A DNA stretch of 58,443 nucleotides from Pseudomonadota bacterium (GTDB lineage Bacteria > Pseudomonadota > Gammaproteobacteria > Burkholderiales > Burkholderiaceae_C). The notes beneath the pieces are model-generated. The model ran no database searches. It was not told the DNA's origin and worked only from the letters and a program-made list of their open reading frames with translations. The DNA is taken from the NCBI GenBank assembly GCA_041159205.1, contig JBEAZY010000178.1, positions 1 to 58,443 on the forward strand, given 5' to 3'. This document shows, in pieces, positions 1 through 12,043 of the stretch. Numbering within the stretch: the first letter of the stretch is position 1; each line of letters starts with the position of its first letter. Position numbers and translations under genes: made by a program.

Positions 1-968
<968 letters not shown>

Positions 969-975
969 ATGATTA

Positions 976-995
976 GGCCGGGCGTGTGCCCGGCC
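976..995. other. Intergenic hairpin between sucC and sucD
   Basis: GGCCGGGC-gtgt-GCCCGGCC, perfect 8-bp stem with no U tract. Confidence 0.5.
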
Positions 996-1011
996 GGCGA
1001 AGGACCCCATC

Positions 1012-1905
1012 ATGTCGATCTTTATCAACAAGAACACCAAAGTCATCACCCAGGGCATCACGGGCAAGACCGGGCAGTTTCACACCGAGAAGTGCCAGGA
1101 ATACGCCAATGGCAAGAACTGCTTTGTGGCGGGCGTGAACCCGAAAAAAGCCGGCGAAAAGATCTTTGAAATTCCGATTTACGCCTCAGTCAAAGAAGCG
1201 GCGCATCAAACGGGCGCCACCGTGTCGGTCATCTATGTGCCGCCCGCCGGTGCCGCTGCCGCGATTTGGGAGGCCGTTGAGGCCGACCTTGACCTGGCCA
1301 TTTGCATCACGGAAGGCATCCCTGTGCGCGACATGCTGGAAGTGCGCAACAAAATGAAGGCCAAGGAGGCCGCCGGTGGCAAAAAGACCCTGTTGCTGGG
1401 CCCCAACTGCCCCGGACTGATCACCCCCGACGAGATCAAGATCGGCATCATGCCCGGGCACATCCACCGCAAGGGCCGCATCGGTGTGGTGTCGCGCTCC
1501 GGCACGCTGACTTATGAAGCCGTGGCGCAGTTGACCGAAATCGGTCTGGGGCAGTCGAGCGCTGTGGGCATCGGGGGCGACCCGATCAATGGCCTCAAGC
1601 ACATCGATGTGATGAAGGCCTTTAACGACGACCCCGATACCGATGCCGTGATCATGATCGGCGAGATCGGCGGCCCCGACGAGGCCGAAGCCGCCCGCTG
1701 GTGCAAGGCGAATATGAAGAAGCCCATCGTCGGCTTCATCGCCGGCGTCACCGCCCCCCCGGGCAAGCGCATGGGCCATGCCGGTGCCTTGATCTCGGGC
1801 GGTGCCGACACCGCGGACGCCAAATTGGCGATCATGGAAGAGTGCGGCTTCAAGGTCACGCGCAACCCGTCTGAGATGGGCAAATTGCTCAAGGCCCTGC
1901 TCTGA
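1012..1905 (+). CDS. sucD: Succinyl-CoA synthetase alpha subunit
   Basis: VITQGITGKTG, GPNCPG, SRSGTLTYE and the GKRMGHAGA phospho-His motif; AAGGA RBS upstream. Confidence 0.98.
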   Translation: MSIFINKNTKVITQGITGKTGQFHTEKCQEYANGKNCFVAGVNPKKAGEKIFEIPIYASVKEAAHQTGATVSVIYVPPAGAAAAIWEAVEADLDLAICITEGIPVRDMLEVRNKMKAKEAAGGKKTLLLGPNCPGLITPDEIKIGIMPGHIHRKGRIGVVSRSGTLTYEAVAQLTEIGLGQSSAVGIGGDPINGLKHIDVMKAFNDDPDTDAVIMIGEIGGPDEAEAARWCKANMKKPIVGFIAGVTAPPGKRMGHAGALISGGADTADAKLAIMEECGFKVTRNPSEMGKLLKALL

Positions 1906-1923
1906 TGGTGCGACGCACCCGAC

Positions 1924-1949
1924 AAACCGCCTGCGGGCGGTTTTTTTTT
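1924..1949 (+). terminator. Rho-independent terminator after sucCD
   Basis: AAACCGCC-tgcg-GGCGGTTT stem running into a T9 tract. Confidence 0.9.
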
Positions 1950-2085
1950 CGGGTTTGCTATCTCATGGGCGACTTCTGGCCATCGGCTTAATCCATTTCA
2001 CGCACATCCGTGGCAGCGCATTGCCGTTAAACTTGCAGGCATAAATCACACATGACGGGACACACCCGTTGAGGAGCATGAAGTC

Positions 2086-2781
2086 ATGGAATTCCTGAAC
2101 GATGCCGATTTCTGGATCGGCTTGATGAAAATCATCTGGATCAACATCATTTTGTCGGGCGACAACGCGGTCGTGATTGCGCTGGCCGCCCGATCGCTGC
2201 CGGCCCACCAGCAGAAAAAAGCCATCATGTTCGGCTCGGGCGCGGCCGTGGTGCTGCGGATCGCCTTGACGGTGGTTGCCGTTCAGTTGCTGGCTTTGTC
2301 GTACCTGCAAATCATCGGCGGGCTGTTGCTGTTGTGGATCGGTGTGCAACTGTTGAGCGAGGAAGACGACCATGAGGAAGGCGAGGCCGAGCAAAAGGGC
2401 CTGATGGCTGCGGTGCGCACCATTTTGATTGCCGACATCGTGATGAGCCTGGACAACGTGATTGCCGTCGCCGCCGCCGCCAAAGGCTCGACCACGCTGC
2501 TGATCATCGGCCTGGCCATCAGCATCCCGCTGGTGATCTTTGGCAGCACACTGATGATCAAGCTGATGGAGCGCTACCCGATCATTGTGACCCTGGGTGC
2601 CGCACTGATCGGTTGGGTCGGGGGCGAGACCATGATCAGCGATGTCGCGCTGTCTGAGGTGGTGGCCGAGAACCCGGCCTTGCATTATGTGGCTGCGGCG
2701 GCAGGTGCCATTTTGGTCGTCTTGTTGGGTCGGTTCCTGGGGCAGCGAGGCGCGGCCCACCCACCTTCTGAGGGTGCATAG
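2086..2781 (+). CDS. TerC family (YjbE-like) integral membrane protein
   Basis: Duplicated metal-binding motifs LSGDNAVVIALA and DIVMSLDNVIAV; multiple TM helices. Confidence 0.9.
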   Translation: MEFLNDADFWIGLMKIIWINIILSGDNAVVIALAARSLPAHQQKKAIMFGSGAAVVLRIALTVVAVQLLALSYLQIIGGLLLLWIGVQLLSEEDDHEEGEAEQKGLMAAVRTILIADIVMSLDNVIAVAAAAKGSTTLLIIGLAISIPLVIFGSTLMIKLMERYPIIVTLGAALIGWVGGETMISDVALSEVVAENPALHYVAAAAGAILVVLLGRFLGQRGAAHPPSEGA

Positions 2782-2851
2782 CGCACAGATTTAGGCCGGT
2801 TTTCGGCCGGTTTTGTTCCTATCATGGCCAGCATCCCCAAAGGAGCTGGCC

Positions 2852-3367
2852 ATGTCTGTTTCGGAACGCGGTTTCACTTTGATTGAGTTGATGGTCGTGA
2901 TCGCCATCGTGGGTCTGCTGGCGTCTTTTGCCATTCCGGCCTATCAGGATCACCTGGTGCGGGCCCGGGTGTCGGAGGGGCTGGCCCTGGCCGGCAGCGC
3001 CAAAAACCTGGTGCTTGAAAACCTATCCGGCGGCAACCCCAATGGTTCGGCGCAGGGCTATGCGCAGGGCTTTGCGGCACCGGCGGCCACCGCCAATGTG
3101 GAGAGCCTGGGCATAGAGCCCGACACTGGCGTGATTTCGATCAAAACCACCGCCGCCGCCGGGGGCGCGCTGGTGCTGCTGGTGCCGTTCACAGGCACTT
3201 TATCCGCCCCTGTGGCCCTGCCCGGCGGCACCAGTGCGTTCACGCCACCCAGCCAAGGCAATTTGCTCTGGAAATGCCTGACCAAAGACAGCACCGCACC
3301 GGCCAACATCGCCCTGCCTGCCGGCACACGTCTGCGCTCGCAGCTGGCCCCGCCCGAGTGCCGCTGA
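2852..3367 (+). CDS. pilA: Type IVa pilin
   Basis: Prepilin cleavage site RG|[30 protein letters not shown]-terminal disulfide loop WKC...APPECR; AGGAG RBS at 2841-2845. Confidence 0.9.
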   Translation: MSVSERGFTLIELMVVIAIVGLLASFAIPAYQDHLVRARVSEGLALAGSAKNLVLENLSGGNPNGSAQGYAQGFAAPAATANVESLGIEPDTGVISIKTTAAAGGALVLLVPFTGTLSAPVALPGGTSAFTPPSQGNLLWKCLTKDSTAPANIALPAGTRLRSQLAPPECR

Positions 3368-3439
3368 GCGCACAGCCCACCGGCGGTATTGCGGCCAGGC
3401 TTGGTCTGGCCTAGGATGTGCATTTTTGCTGTCACACCG

Positions 3440-4624
3440 ATGTCTTCTTCCATTTCCAGCACCGACTCGATCGAGGGATCAGGTCACCCGCTTTGCTTCA
3501 AAACCCTTCAGGGCTCGGCCCGGCCCGGGGTTTTGGGTTTGAACGATGCGCAAGACCTGTTCATCACTCAGGCCAGGGCCATGGGGGGCCACCAGAAAGA
3601 GGCGGTGGTGCTAGAGGGCGAGCATGGCTCGGCCTGGCGCATGGTGAGCGATGAGGGGCCGGCGCTGCAAGGCACCGATTTGGCGCCGTTTCCGCTGGGT
3701 TTTATGTCGGCCGCACTGCAAGCCGAGTTGTTGCAGCGGATGGCGCTACTGGCCCGGCAGGAAGGCGTGGTGCTTGGCGACTTGCGCAGCCTGGGGTTCA
3801 ACGACTATGTGTTCGAGGGGTCGTTTTTTCGGGGCACCGGGCGCGGGCAGGCGTTGCCGCCCCGCTTCACCTTGCAGGCCCGGACCTCGGCCCCTGCCGA
3901 AGCGGTGCGCAACCTGGCCCGGCGGGCGGCACTGAGCTCGCCCTTGTTGGCGGCATGGGCCACGCCTTTGCAAAACACTTTCGCGCTGTATGCCAATGGC
4001 CGGCGGGTGCAGCTGCGTGAGCTCAGGCCCAGCCAGATGGATGCCCGGGACCCGTTCAAGGTTTGGGCACAGTTGCCCACGCCACTGGCAGGAGACCAGA
4101 GCTGGCCGGACATCGTGAGCAAGGCCCCGCCTGTGCCGGTGAAGAACCCCACTCAAGCCTCGGGCTGGGAGACTGGCCGTGTGGATATTCCGATTCACGG
4201 GCAGTGTGCCATTGAGGGCGGGCGGGGCCGCAGCCTGACCTGGGCCAACCGTCTGGGCGGTTCGGCCTTTGCCATAGTCAGCGACGACCGGGCCGATGGC
4301 GATCAAGCGCCCAGCGCACTGGCGCACGCCTTTGCGGGCATTGCCTTTTGTTTCATGACCCAGTTGCTGCGTTATGTGGCGCACCACGAGATGAAGGTGC
4401 GGGCGCTGCGACTGGTTCAGTACAGCCCCTGCCGCATCGAATCGGGGCTGGCGCAGGCCATGCCACTGGACACGCATGTGTTTGTGCACACCGAGGAGAG
4501 CGACGAGGTGATGGAGCGACTGGTTCAGATGTCGGCGCGCACCTGCTATTTGCATGCGGCATTGGGCGCGACGCTCGCCCCCGAGATCGGGTTGGATTTG
4601 GGGGCGCTCAGGGCGTGGCGATAA
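3440..4624 (+). CDS. Tandem OsmC/Ohr-like domain protein
   Basis: Two OsmC-like signatures: SDEG...[15 protein letters not shown] and SDD...[17 protein letters not shown]...RTCYLH. Start uncertain (3440 chosen). Confidence 0.7.
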   Translation: MSSSISSTDSIEGSGHPLCFKTLQGSARPGVLGLNDAQDLFITQARAMGGHQKEAVVLEGEHGSAWRMVSDEGPALQGTDLAPFPLGFMSAALQAELLQRMALLARQEGVVLGDLRSLGFNDYVFEGSFFRGTGRGQALPPRFTLQARTSAPAEAVRNLARRAALSSPLLAAWATPLQNTFALYANGRRVQLRELRPSQMDARDPFKVWAQLPTPLAGDQSWPDIVSKAPPVPVKNPTQASGWETGRVDIPIHGQCAIEGGRGRSLTWANRLGGSAFAIVSDDRADGDQAPSALAHAFAGIAFCFMTQLLRYVAHHEMKVRALRLVQYSPCRIESGLAQAMPLDTHVFVHTEESDEVMERLVQMSARTCYLHAALGATLAPEIGLDLGALRAWR

Positions 4625-5084
4625 AACTGCCCGATTTGCCGCCGTGCTTTTCCAGCAACTTCACATCGGTGATGGTCATGCCGCGATCGACCGCCTTGAG
4701 CATGTCGTAGATGGTGAGGAGGGCGACTTGAACCGCCGTGAGGGCTTCCATTTCGACGCCGGTGGGGCCGACGGTCTCGACGGTGGCCTGTACACGCACG
4801 CCAGGCGGTTCGTCTTGGGTTTGCAGGTCGAGGGCCACCCGGGTGAGGGCCAGAGGGTGGCACAGGGGAATCAGGTCGCTGGTTTTTTTGGCCGCCTGTA
4901 TGCCCGCGATGCGGGCGATGCCCAACACATCGCCCTTCTTGGCGTGGCCCAGCCGCACCTGTGCAAGGGTCTCGGGGCGCATCTGAATTTGCCCGCTGGC
5001 GACGGCCACCCGATGGGTGGCGGGTTTGGCTGCCACGTCGACCATATGGGCCTGACCGTGGGCATCAAAATGCGTCAAATGCAT
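4608..5084 (-). CDS. moaC: Cyclic pyranopterin monophosphate synthase MoaC
   Basis: [51 protein letters not shown]. Alternative start 5108. Confidence 0.96.
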   Translation of the reverse strand: MHLTHFDAHGQAHMVDVAAKPATHRVAVASGQIQMRPETLAQVRLGHAKKGDVLGIARIAGIQAAKKTSDLIPLCHPLALTRVALDLQTQDEPPGVRVQATVETVGPTGVEMEALTAVQVALLTIYDMLKAVDRGMTITDVKLLEKHGGKSGSFIATP

Positions 5085-5118
5085 GGGGGGGCGGGTGTTT
5101 TCAGGCATGATAGGCGAC

Positions 5119-6675
5119 ATGCTACCGCGATTGACACGAGGCCGTTGGCGGCACTGGTGGGTCACCCCAGTTTTATGCCTGGGACTGAGCACTCAAGCCC
5201 AGGCACCATTGCAATTGCCCGCGCTGGGTGACGGGGCCGAGTGGGCCCTGGGTGAAGAGCGGCAGTTGGGTGATGCCATCATGGCGCAGGTCTGGCGCGA
5301 CCCCGATGTGATCGATGACCCGGTGCTGCTGGACTATGTGCAGGGCATTTGGAACCCGCTGCTGGTGGTCGCGCGCCAGCGCGGTGAGTTGCCCCAAGAT
5401 CTGGATCAGCGCTTTGCCTGGGACATGGTGCTGGTGCGTGACCGGTCAGTGAACGCTTTTGCTTTGCCGGGTGGCTATATGGGGGTGCACCTGGGTCTGA
5501 TTGCGGTGGCCAGCAATCGTGACGAGTTGGCCGCCGTGCTGGCGCATGAGACCAGTCACATCACCCAGCGACACATCGCCCGCATGCTGGCGCAAGAAAG
5601 CAAAACCACCCCCTTGATGCTGGGGACCCTGTTGCTGGGCTTGCTGGCCGCCAGCCGCAGCCCGGATGCCGCCGGTGCCTTGCTGATCGGCGGTCAGGCG
5701 GCGGCCCTGCAAAACCAGCTGAGTTTTTCGCGCGATATGGAGCGTGAGGCCGACCGGGTGGGCTTCGGCCTGCTGGCCCCGGCGGGGTTTGAGAGCCAAG
5801 GGGCGATCACGCTGTTTGAAAAACTCATACAAGCGGCACGTCTGAACGATTCGGGCTCTTACCCGTACCTGCGTAGCCACCCCATGAGCACCGAACGGAT
5901 GGCCGATATGGCCGGCCGGGCCCAACAGCTGGGCGCCCCTAAGGCCAAGGGAGCAGCGGATGTGTGGCATGCCTTGATGTCGGCCCGTGCGCGGGCGCTG
6001 ACCGACACCAGCCCGGACGCGCAACGGCTATTGATGCTGCAAGCGAAAGAAAGAAAGGCCGAGGCAGGGGGCACGCCGGTGGCGACGTTGGCGGCCTGGT
6101 ATGCGGGCGCGCTGGCGCACATTCAGGCACGCCAGTATGAGCAGGCCGATGCGTTATTGCGTGCTTTGCGCCTGGCCATGCCCGGGACCGGGGTGACTCA
6201 GGACCGGTTGACTTGGTTGGTGGTCGAATCGCATTTAAGAGCCGGGCGGGCCGCCGATGCCCTGAGCGAGCTCGATCGCGTGTCGGCGGCATCAAAGTCC
6301 CAGCGGGCGCATCTGATCTTGCGCTGGCAAGCCCTGCTGGCCAAGGGTCGGATTGAAGACGCGCAGCAGGCCCGGGGCGAGATCGATGTCTGGTTGTCGC
6401 GCCACCCCAAAGACGGGCAGGTTTGGGGCCTGAGCGCACAAGCCCTGGATTTGACGGGTGATGCTTTGCGCAGCCTGCGCGCGCAAGCGGAGGCGCGGGC
6501 GGTGCGGTTTGATCTGGTGGCAGGCATCGACAGGCTGTTGGCGGCACAGGAGATGGCGCGCGAGCTGGGGCGTCAGGGTCGTTTATCGAGGGCGCAAGAA
6601 ATGGATGCGGCCATCATCGATTCGCGCCTGCGTCAGTTAAGGCAGGGACGGCGGGAACAAACGCTCCAACGCTGA
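5119..6675 (+). CDS. bepA: M48 family periplasmic metalloprotease with TPR-like C-terminus (BepA/YfgC-like)
   Basis: Signal peptide, [14 protein letters not shown] zinc motif, [18 protein letters not shown]. Confidence 0.85.
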   Translation: MLPRLTRGRWRHWWVTPVLCLGLSTQAQAPLQLPALGDGAEWALGEERQLGDAIMAQVWRDPDVIDDPVLLDYVQGIWNPLLVVARQRGELPQDLDQRFAWDMVLVRDRSVNAFALPGGYMGVHLGLIAVASNRDELAAVLAHETSHITQRHIARMLAQESKTTPLMLGTLLLGLLAASRSPDAAGALLIGGQAAALQNQLSFSRDMEREADRVGFGLLAPAGFESQGAITLFEKLIQAARLNDSGSYPYLRSHPMSTERMADMAGRAQQLGAPKAKGAADVWHALMSARARALTDTSPDAQRLLMLQAKERKAEAGGTPVATLAAWYAGALAHIQARQYEQADALLRALRLAMPGTGVTQDRLTWLVVESHLRAGRAADALSELDRVSAASKSQRAHLILRWQALLAKGRIEDAQQARGEIDVWLSRHPKDGQVWGLSAQALDLTGDALRSLRAQAEARAVRFDLVAGIDRLLAAQEMARELGRQGRLSRAQEMDAAIIDSRLRQLRQGRREQTLQR

Positions 6676-6996
6676 ATCGATGACGACGCCCATGACCGAG
6701 TAGAGCAATGAGCCCAGGAGGGCATGGCCGAAGCTGGCCACATAAAAGCCCTCCAATACAGCCGAGGCGATCCAGAACATGAGGGCGTTGATGACGAACA
6801 GGAACAAGCCCAGAGTGACCAGGGTGACCGGTAAAGTGAGCACCACCAGGACCGGGCGCACGATCAAATTGAGCAAACCCATGACTAAGGCGGCCACCAG
6901 GGCGCTGCCAAAACCGGCGACCACGATGGCGTCGTCCAGTTGGGACAGGGCCATCAGCGCCATGGCGCTGAGGCACCACTTCAATATCAATTTCAT
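6637..6996 (-). CDS. YvlD/phage holin family 4-TM membrane protein
   Basis: ALVMGLLNLIVRPVLVVLTLPVTLVTLGLFLFVINA signature; no other phage genes nearby. Confidence 0.85.
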   Translation of the reverse strand: MKLILKWCLSAMALMALSQLDDAIVVAGFGSALVAALVMGLLNLIVRPVLVVLTLPVTLVTLGLFLFVINALMFWIASAVLEGFYVASFGHALLGSLLYSVMGVVIDSALERLFPPSLP

Positions 6997-7082
6997 GCGT
7001 TAAGAATACCATCTGAGGTCATTTGGGTGCGATTCACCCCTGGGCTGACTCATGAAGTCGGTGCGACTATGATTTGCCGGAC

Positions 7083-7514
7083 ATGGAATCGATTCACATC
7101 AGCGATATTGAGTCTGCCATCAACCATTGGCGGCAAAAAAACCCTTCGACCGACGGCGTCACCCTGCCTGCGGAGTTGCGGTCCTTGGCCGAGGTGTATG
7201 CGCTGATGATCTACCACCGTGAGGATGAGGTGGCGGTGCAGGGTTTCCCGGCCCAGGCTTTAAAGGCCTGGCAGGATTGGTACGAGAGCACGCCCGATAC
7301 ACCTTGTATCGCGATTTGCTCGACCAGCCAGGGCGACCCGGTGTGCAAAGGCTGCGGGCGCAGTTTTGACGAGGTGCAGCGCTGGACCGAGATGAGCCCT
7401 TATGCCAAACGGGCCACCTGGCGGCGCATTACCTTGTCCGGGGTGGCCTGGCGGTTTAACCGCTATGCGGAACGGGCCCGGTCTGACGCCGGCCAGGCGC
7501 CGGGGGCGGGCTGA
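7083..7514 (+). CDS. DUF3717 / DUF1289 (Cys-rich, putative Fe-S) fusion protein
   Basis: N-terminal IHISDIESAINHWR (DUF3717-like); C-terminal TPCIAIC...CKGCGRSFDEVQRW (DUF1289-like). Confidence 0.75.
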   Translation: MESIHISDIESAINHWRQKNPSTDGVTLPAELRSLAEVYALMIYHREDEVAVQGFPAQALKAWQDWYESTPDTPCIAICSTSQGDPVCKGCGRSFDEVQRWTEMSPYAKRATWRRITLSGVAWRFNRYAERARSDAGQAPGAG

Positions 7515-7547
7515 GCGGCCCCGCCAGAATCTGGCCAGACGGCGGTC

Positions 7548-8984
<1,437 letters not shown>

Positions 8985-9062
8985 TCAAGCCCGTGCACCC
9001 CATGGCTATGGGGAAGGGCATTAAAATCAGTGCCCATTCAACATTTGCCCCTGAAACCCATC

Positions 9063-9680
9063 ATGCTCAAACTCATTGGCGCCGTCGCCAGCCCCTATGT
9101 GCGCAAGGTGCGCATCGTGATGGCCGAAAAAAAACTGGACTACGAGTTCATTGCCGAAGATGTGTGGTCGGCGCAGTCGCGCATCACTGACTCCAACCCT
9201 TTGGGCAAAGTACCCTGTCTGGTGTTGGAGGGCGGGGAGGCGGTGTTTGATTCGCGCGTGATCGTGGAGTACCTCGATGCCTTGTCGCCGGTGGGCAAGC
9301 TGATTCCGGGCACAGGGCGCGACCGCGCCGCCGTGAAAACCTGGGAGGCTCTGGCCGATGGCTTGCTCGACGCCAGCATCCTGGCCCGTCTGGAACGGCA
9401 TTGGCCCCATCGTCAGGCGCACGAGCGTTCGGCCGCCTGGATCGACCGCCAAATGGGCAAAGTCCACGACAGTCTGGCTGCCATGAGCCGTGGCCTGGGC
9501 GAGAACAGCATGTGCAGCGGCATTCATTTGTCGCTGTCAGACGTGGCCGTGGGCTGTGCGCTGGGTTATCTGGATTTCCGCTTTCCAGAGGTGGATTGGC
9601 GCGCGCCCTACCCCAATTTGCATCGCCTTTACGACCGGCTGATGCAAAGGCCCAGCTTTATGGACACCCGCCCCTCATGA
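9063..9680 (+). CDS. Glutathione S-transferase
   Basis: SPYVRKVR, NPLGKVP, FDSRVIVEYLD, LGYLDFRFP. The true start lies inside the longer 7557..9680 ORF. Confidence 0.93.
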   Translation: MLKLIGAVASPYVRKVRIVMAEKKLDYEFIAEDVWSAQSRITDSNPLGKVPCLVLEGGEAVFDSRVIVEYLDALSPVGKLIPGTGRDRAAVKTWEALADGLLDASILARLERHWPHRQAHERSAAWIDRQMGKVHDSLAAMSRGLGENSMCSGIHLSLSDVAVGCALGYLDFRFPEVDWRAPYPNLHRLYDRLMQRPSFMDTRPS

Positions 9681-10130
9681 GCGGGCGCGGGCTTTGAGCC
9701 AGCGCATCAGGCCGCCGAGCACAGGGAGTTTTTCGTACATCTCTTCGGCGGCATCCCAGTAGTCGCGGTGCAACACGGCCAGGCCCTGGTCGTTGAACAC
9801 CAGATGGGTGGCCCCCCTGACGGTCTGGACCGTGACGGTGTCAAAGCGACGGAAGCGAAACAAAAAATCCCAGGTCAGAAAGGCCTGCGAGCCCTGGACG
9901 ATGCGCTCGCGCACCACAAAGCGGGGTTCATCGAGTTGCACAAACATGTGCCGAAAGAGGCGCTCGACTTCGGCCAGGCCCTGCACTTCATTGAACGGGT
10001 CTTTGAATCGCACCTCGGGCGCATAGTGGCGCGCCAGGCGGCCCACATGCTCAGGTTGCAATTGTTCAAAAAACAGCACCAGTTCGTTCAGGGCCGGGGT
10101 GATGTCGATGGCATGGACGGGTGAGTTCAT
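9675..10130 (-). CDS. NTF2/SnoaL-like domain protein
   Basis: YAPEVRFKDPFNEVQG and HRDYWDAAEEMYEKLPVLG; overlaps the stop of the SDR gene. Confidence 0.85.
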   Translation of the reverse strand: MNSPVHAIDITPALNELVLFFEQLQPEHVGRLARHYAPEVRFKDPFNEVQGLAEVERLFRHMFVQLDEPRFVVRERIVQGSQAFLTWDFLFRFRRFDTVTVQTVRGATHLVFNDQGLAVLHRDYWDAAEEMYEKLPVLGGLMRWLKARARS

Positions 10131-10921
10131 GGTTTCTTGAGTTGGCCTTGGGTGGCGCGCCAGACCCAAGAAAAATACAGCCTGTCGGGCAAGCAGCGCA
10201 GGACTTTGAGGAAGCGGCTGAAGCGCTTGGGGAAGTGGATTTCAAATTCGCCCTGCTGCCAGCCTTGCAACATGGCTCGAGCCGCCCCTTCAGGCTGGAT
10301 GAGTGCAGGCATGTGAAAGCGGTTTTGGGCGGTGAGCGGCGTGGCCACAAAACCCGGGTTGACCACGCTGACGCCGATGCCGGCCGGCTTGAGCTCCATG
10401 TACAGGATTTCTGCCAGGTGCTGCATGGCGGCCTTGGTGGGCCCGTAGGCCAGGCTCATGGGCAAACCCCGGTAGCCGGCGACGCTGGCCACCATGCTGA
10501 TGTGGCCATGGCCCTGCTGCGACAGGTGGGGCAACACGGTGTCAATCAGGTGCAAGGCACCATGGTAGTTGACGGCCTGATGGCGCATGAGTTCGGGCAG
10601 ATCAAAATCGCGCAAGGGGCGGATGGGCTTGTAGTGACCGGCGCAATACACCACCCAATCCAAGCCCTGGTGGGCGCGCACCTGCTCGGCCGCACGGCGA
10701 ACCGATTCCGGGTCGGTGACATCGCAGCTCACGGGCAGGGCATCGTGTCCGGCACAAAGCTGCTCCAATAGCGCGGTCTGGCGGGCCGACACCGCCACAC
10801 GGGCGCCTGCCGCCATCAGGGCTTGCGCGCAGGCGTGGCCGATGCCGCTGGAGGCACCCACCAGCCAGACGCTGCGGCCTCGCCAGTCGTGCACCTTGGG
10901 GTTGAGGGAAGTCCAGGCCAT
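10127..10921 (-). CDS. Short-chain dehydrogenase/reductase
   Basis: GASSGIG Rossmann motif, S...YGPTK catalytic residues, NPGFVATP. Confidence 0.92.
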   Translation of the reverse strand: MAWTSLNPKVHDWRGRSVWLVGASSGIGHACAQALMAAGARVAVSARQTALLEQLCAGHDALPVSCDVTDPESVRRAAEQVRAHQGLDWVVYCAGHYKPIRPLRDFDLPELMRHQAVNYHGALHLIDTVLPHLSQQGHGHISMVASVAGYRGLPMSLAYGPTKAAMQHLAEILYMELKPAGIGVSVVNPGFVATPLTAQNRFHMPALIQPEGAARAMLQGWQQGEFEIHFPKRFSRFLKVLRCLPDRLYFSWVWRATQGQLKKP

Positions 10922-10922
10922 G

Positions 10923-11468
10923 TCAGTTCCCCCGCCGCTTGAAAGACAAAGTGACTTCGCCCAGATCGATGCCCCATTTGCTCATGCGGGCCTTGTTCAA
11001 CATGACCCGATCGTCCATGAGGTACATCCAGTCGTCAAATTGAACCTCGTAAACCCGCCCGTCCACCGGCAGGGCCAGGGTGTAGCTCCAGCGCAGGGTG
11101 TTGCCCTGAGACTCGCCGATGGCCGTGCCCACGACGTCGTCGGCGCGGCCACTGTAGCGGCCCTGGCCTTCGTGGCGCAGCCGCCAGACACGGCGCTGGC
11201 GTGTCCCGTCCGAATAGATGAATTGCTCGTCGAGCACGCCGTCGTCGCCATTCCATTGACAGGTCATTTCCACCACAAAGCGCTTGACGACCTTGCCCGA
11301 GCGGTCGGTGAATACCCCCCAGGCGTCCACTTGCCCTGAAAAATACTGGCGCAAATCAAGCGTGGGCTTTTCATGGGCATAGTCGGCCAGCTGAGGGCCG
11401 GCGCAGCCGCTCAACCAGGGGGCGGCGATGGCGGCCGGTGCGGCTATCAACCAGGTTCTGCGTTTCAT
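10923..11468 (-). CDS. DUF3833 family lipoprotein
   Basis: KRR N-terminus and LSGC lipobox; LDLRQYFSG, LDEQFIYSDG, ADDVVG, FDDWMYL. Confidence 0.85.
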   Translation of the reverse strand: MKRRTWLIAAPAAIAAPWLSGCAGPQLADYAHEKPTLDLRQYFSGQVDAWGVFTDRSGKVVKRFVVEMTCQWNGDDGVLDEQFIYSDGTRQRRVWRLRHEGQGRYSGRADDVVGTAIGESQGNTLRWSYTLALPVDGRVYEVQFDDWMYLMDDRVMLNKARMSKWGIDLGEVTLSFKRRGN

Positions 11469-11494
11469 GGGCGGTTCTCCTTGTGGATGGGTGT

Positions 11495-12043
11495 TCAGGC
11501 GGGGCGCAGGCCGAGCAGGGCCGCACGCATGGCCGGCTGACTGGTGGCCGAAGAAAGCCATATGCCCATGAAGCGTCGCGCCAGTGCCATGTCGGTGATG
11601 TCGCCCACCCATTGCCAGGCGCCGGCGCGCCGCCAAAGCTGCACGCCTTGTGCGGGCCGGTAGGCGCCCATGAGCGTGTCGCCGGGGTTGACATCGGGGA
11701 AGAGCGCGCTGAGCAGGTCGCCCCATTTTTGCCGGGTGGCAGGGTCCAGGGGGGCTTGGCGCTCGATCTCCTCGACCGAGCGACGGGCGATATCGGCCCC
11801 CTTGAAGGCTCGCGCATAGGTCAGTGACAGCGCCATCGGATGGCGGTCGTAGGCTTGGGGTTCAAAGGCCGGGCCCACCCGCAGCACGGCTTCGTAGACA
11901 TCGAATCCCCAGAATTTGAAGCGGTGCCGGCCTTGCTCGGTGTCCAGGGCCTCAAACCATGGGTCGGCAGTGGTCCGCTGGGCATGGGCCGAGCACAGCG
12001 CCATGCCAGCGATCAGAACCGCCCGTCGTCGCAGTTTGCTCAT
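11495..12043 (-). CDS. Chalcone isomerase-like (lipid-binding) periplasmic protein
   Basis: Signal peptide (RRR...AHA); FWGFDVYEA, LSLTYARAF, FPDVNPGD, FMGIWLS. Confidence 0.8.
   Translation of the reverse strand: MSKLRRRAVLIAGMALCSAHAQRTTADPWFEALDTEQGRHRFKFWGFDVYEAVLRVGPAFEPQAYDRHPMALSLTYARAFKGADIARRSVEEIERQAPLDPATRQKWGDLLSALFPDVNPGDTLMGAYRPAQGVQLWRRAGAWQWVGDITDMALARRFMGIWLSSATSQPAMRAALLGLRPA

Noticed and set aside
2010-2024. Sigma54-like TGGCAGCGCATTGC upstream of the TerC gene
   Set aside because: GG-to-GC spacing is 9 nt, not the required 10.
1950-2085. Possible yybP-ykoY (Mn) riboswitch upstream of the TerC gene
   Set aside because: I could not find the conserved GGGGAGUA-type core. 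An Rfam/Infernal scan would be decisive.
6637-6996. Holin-like gene as prophage evidence
   Set aside because: This family is common in chromosomes, and there is no endolysin, integrase or structural gene nearby.
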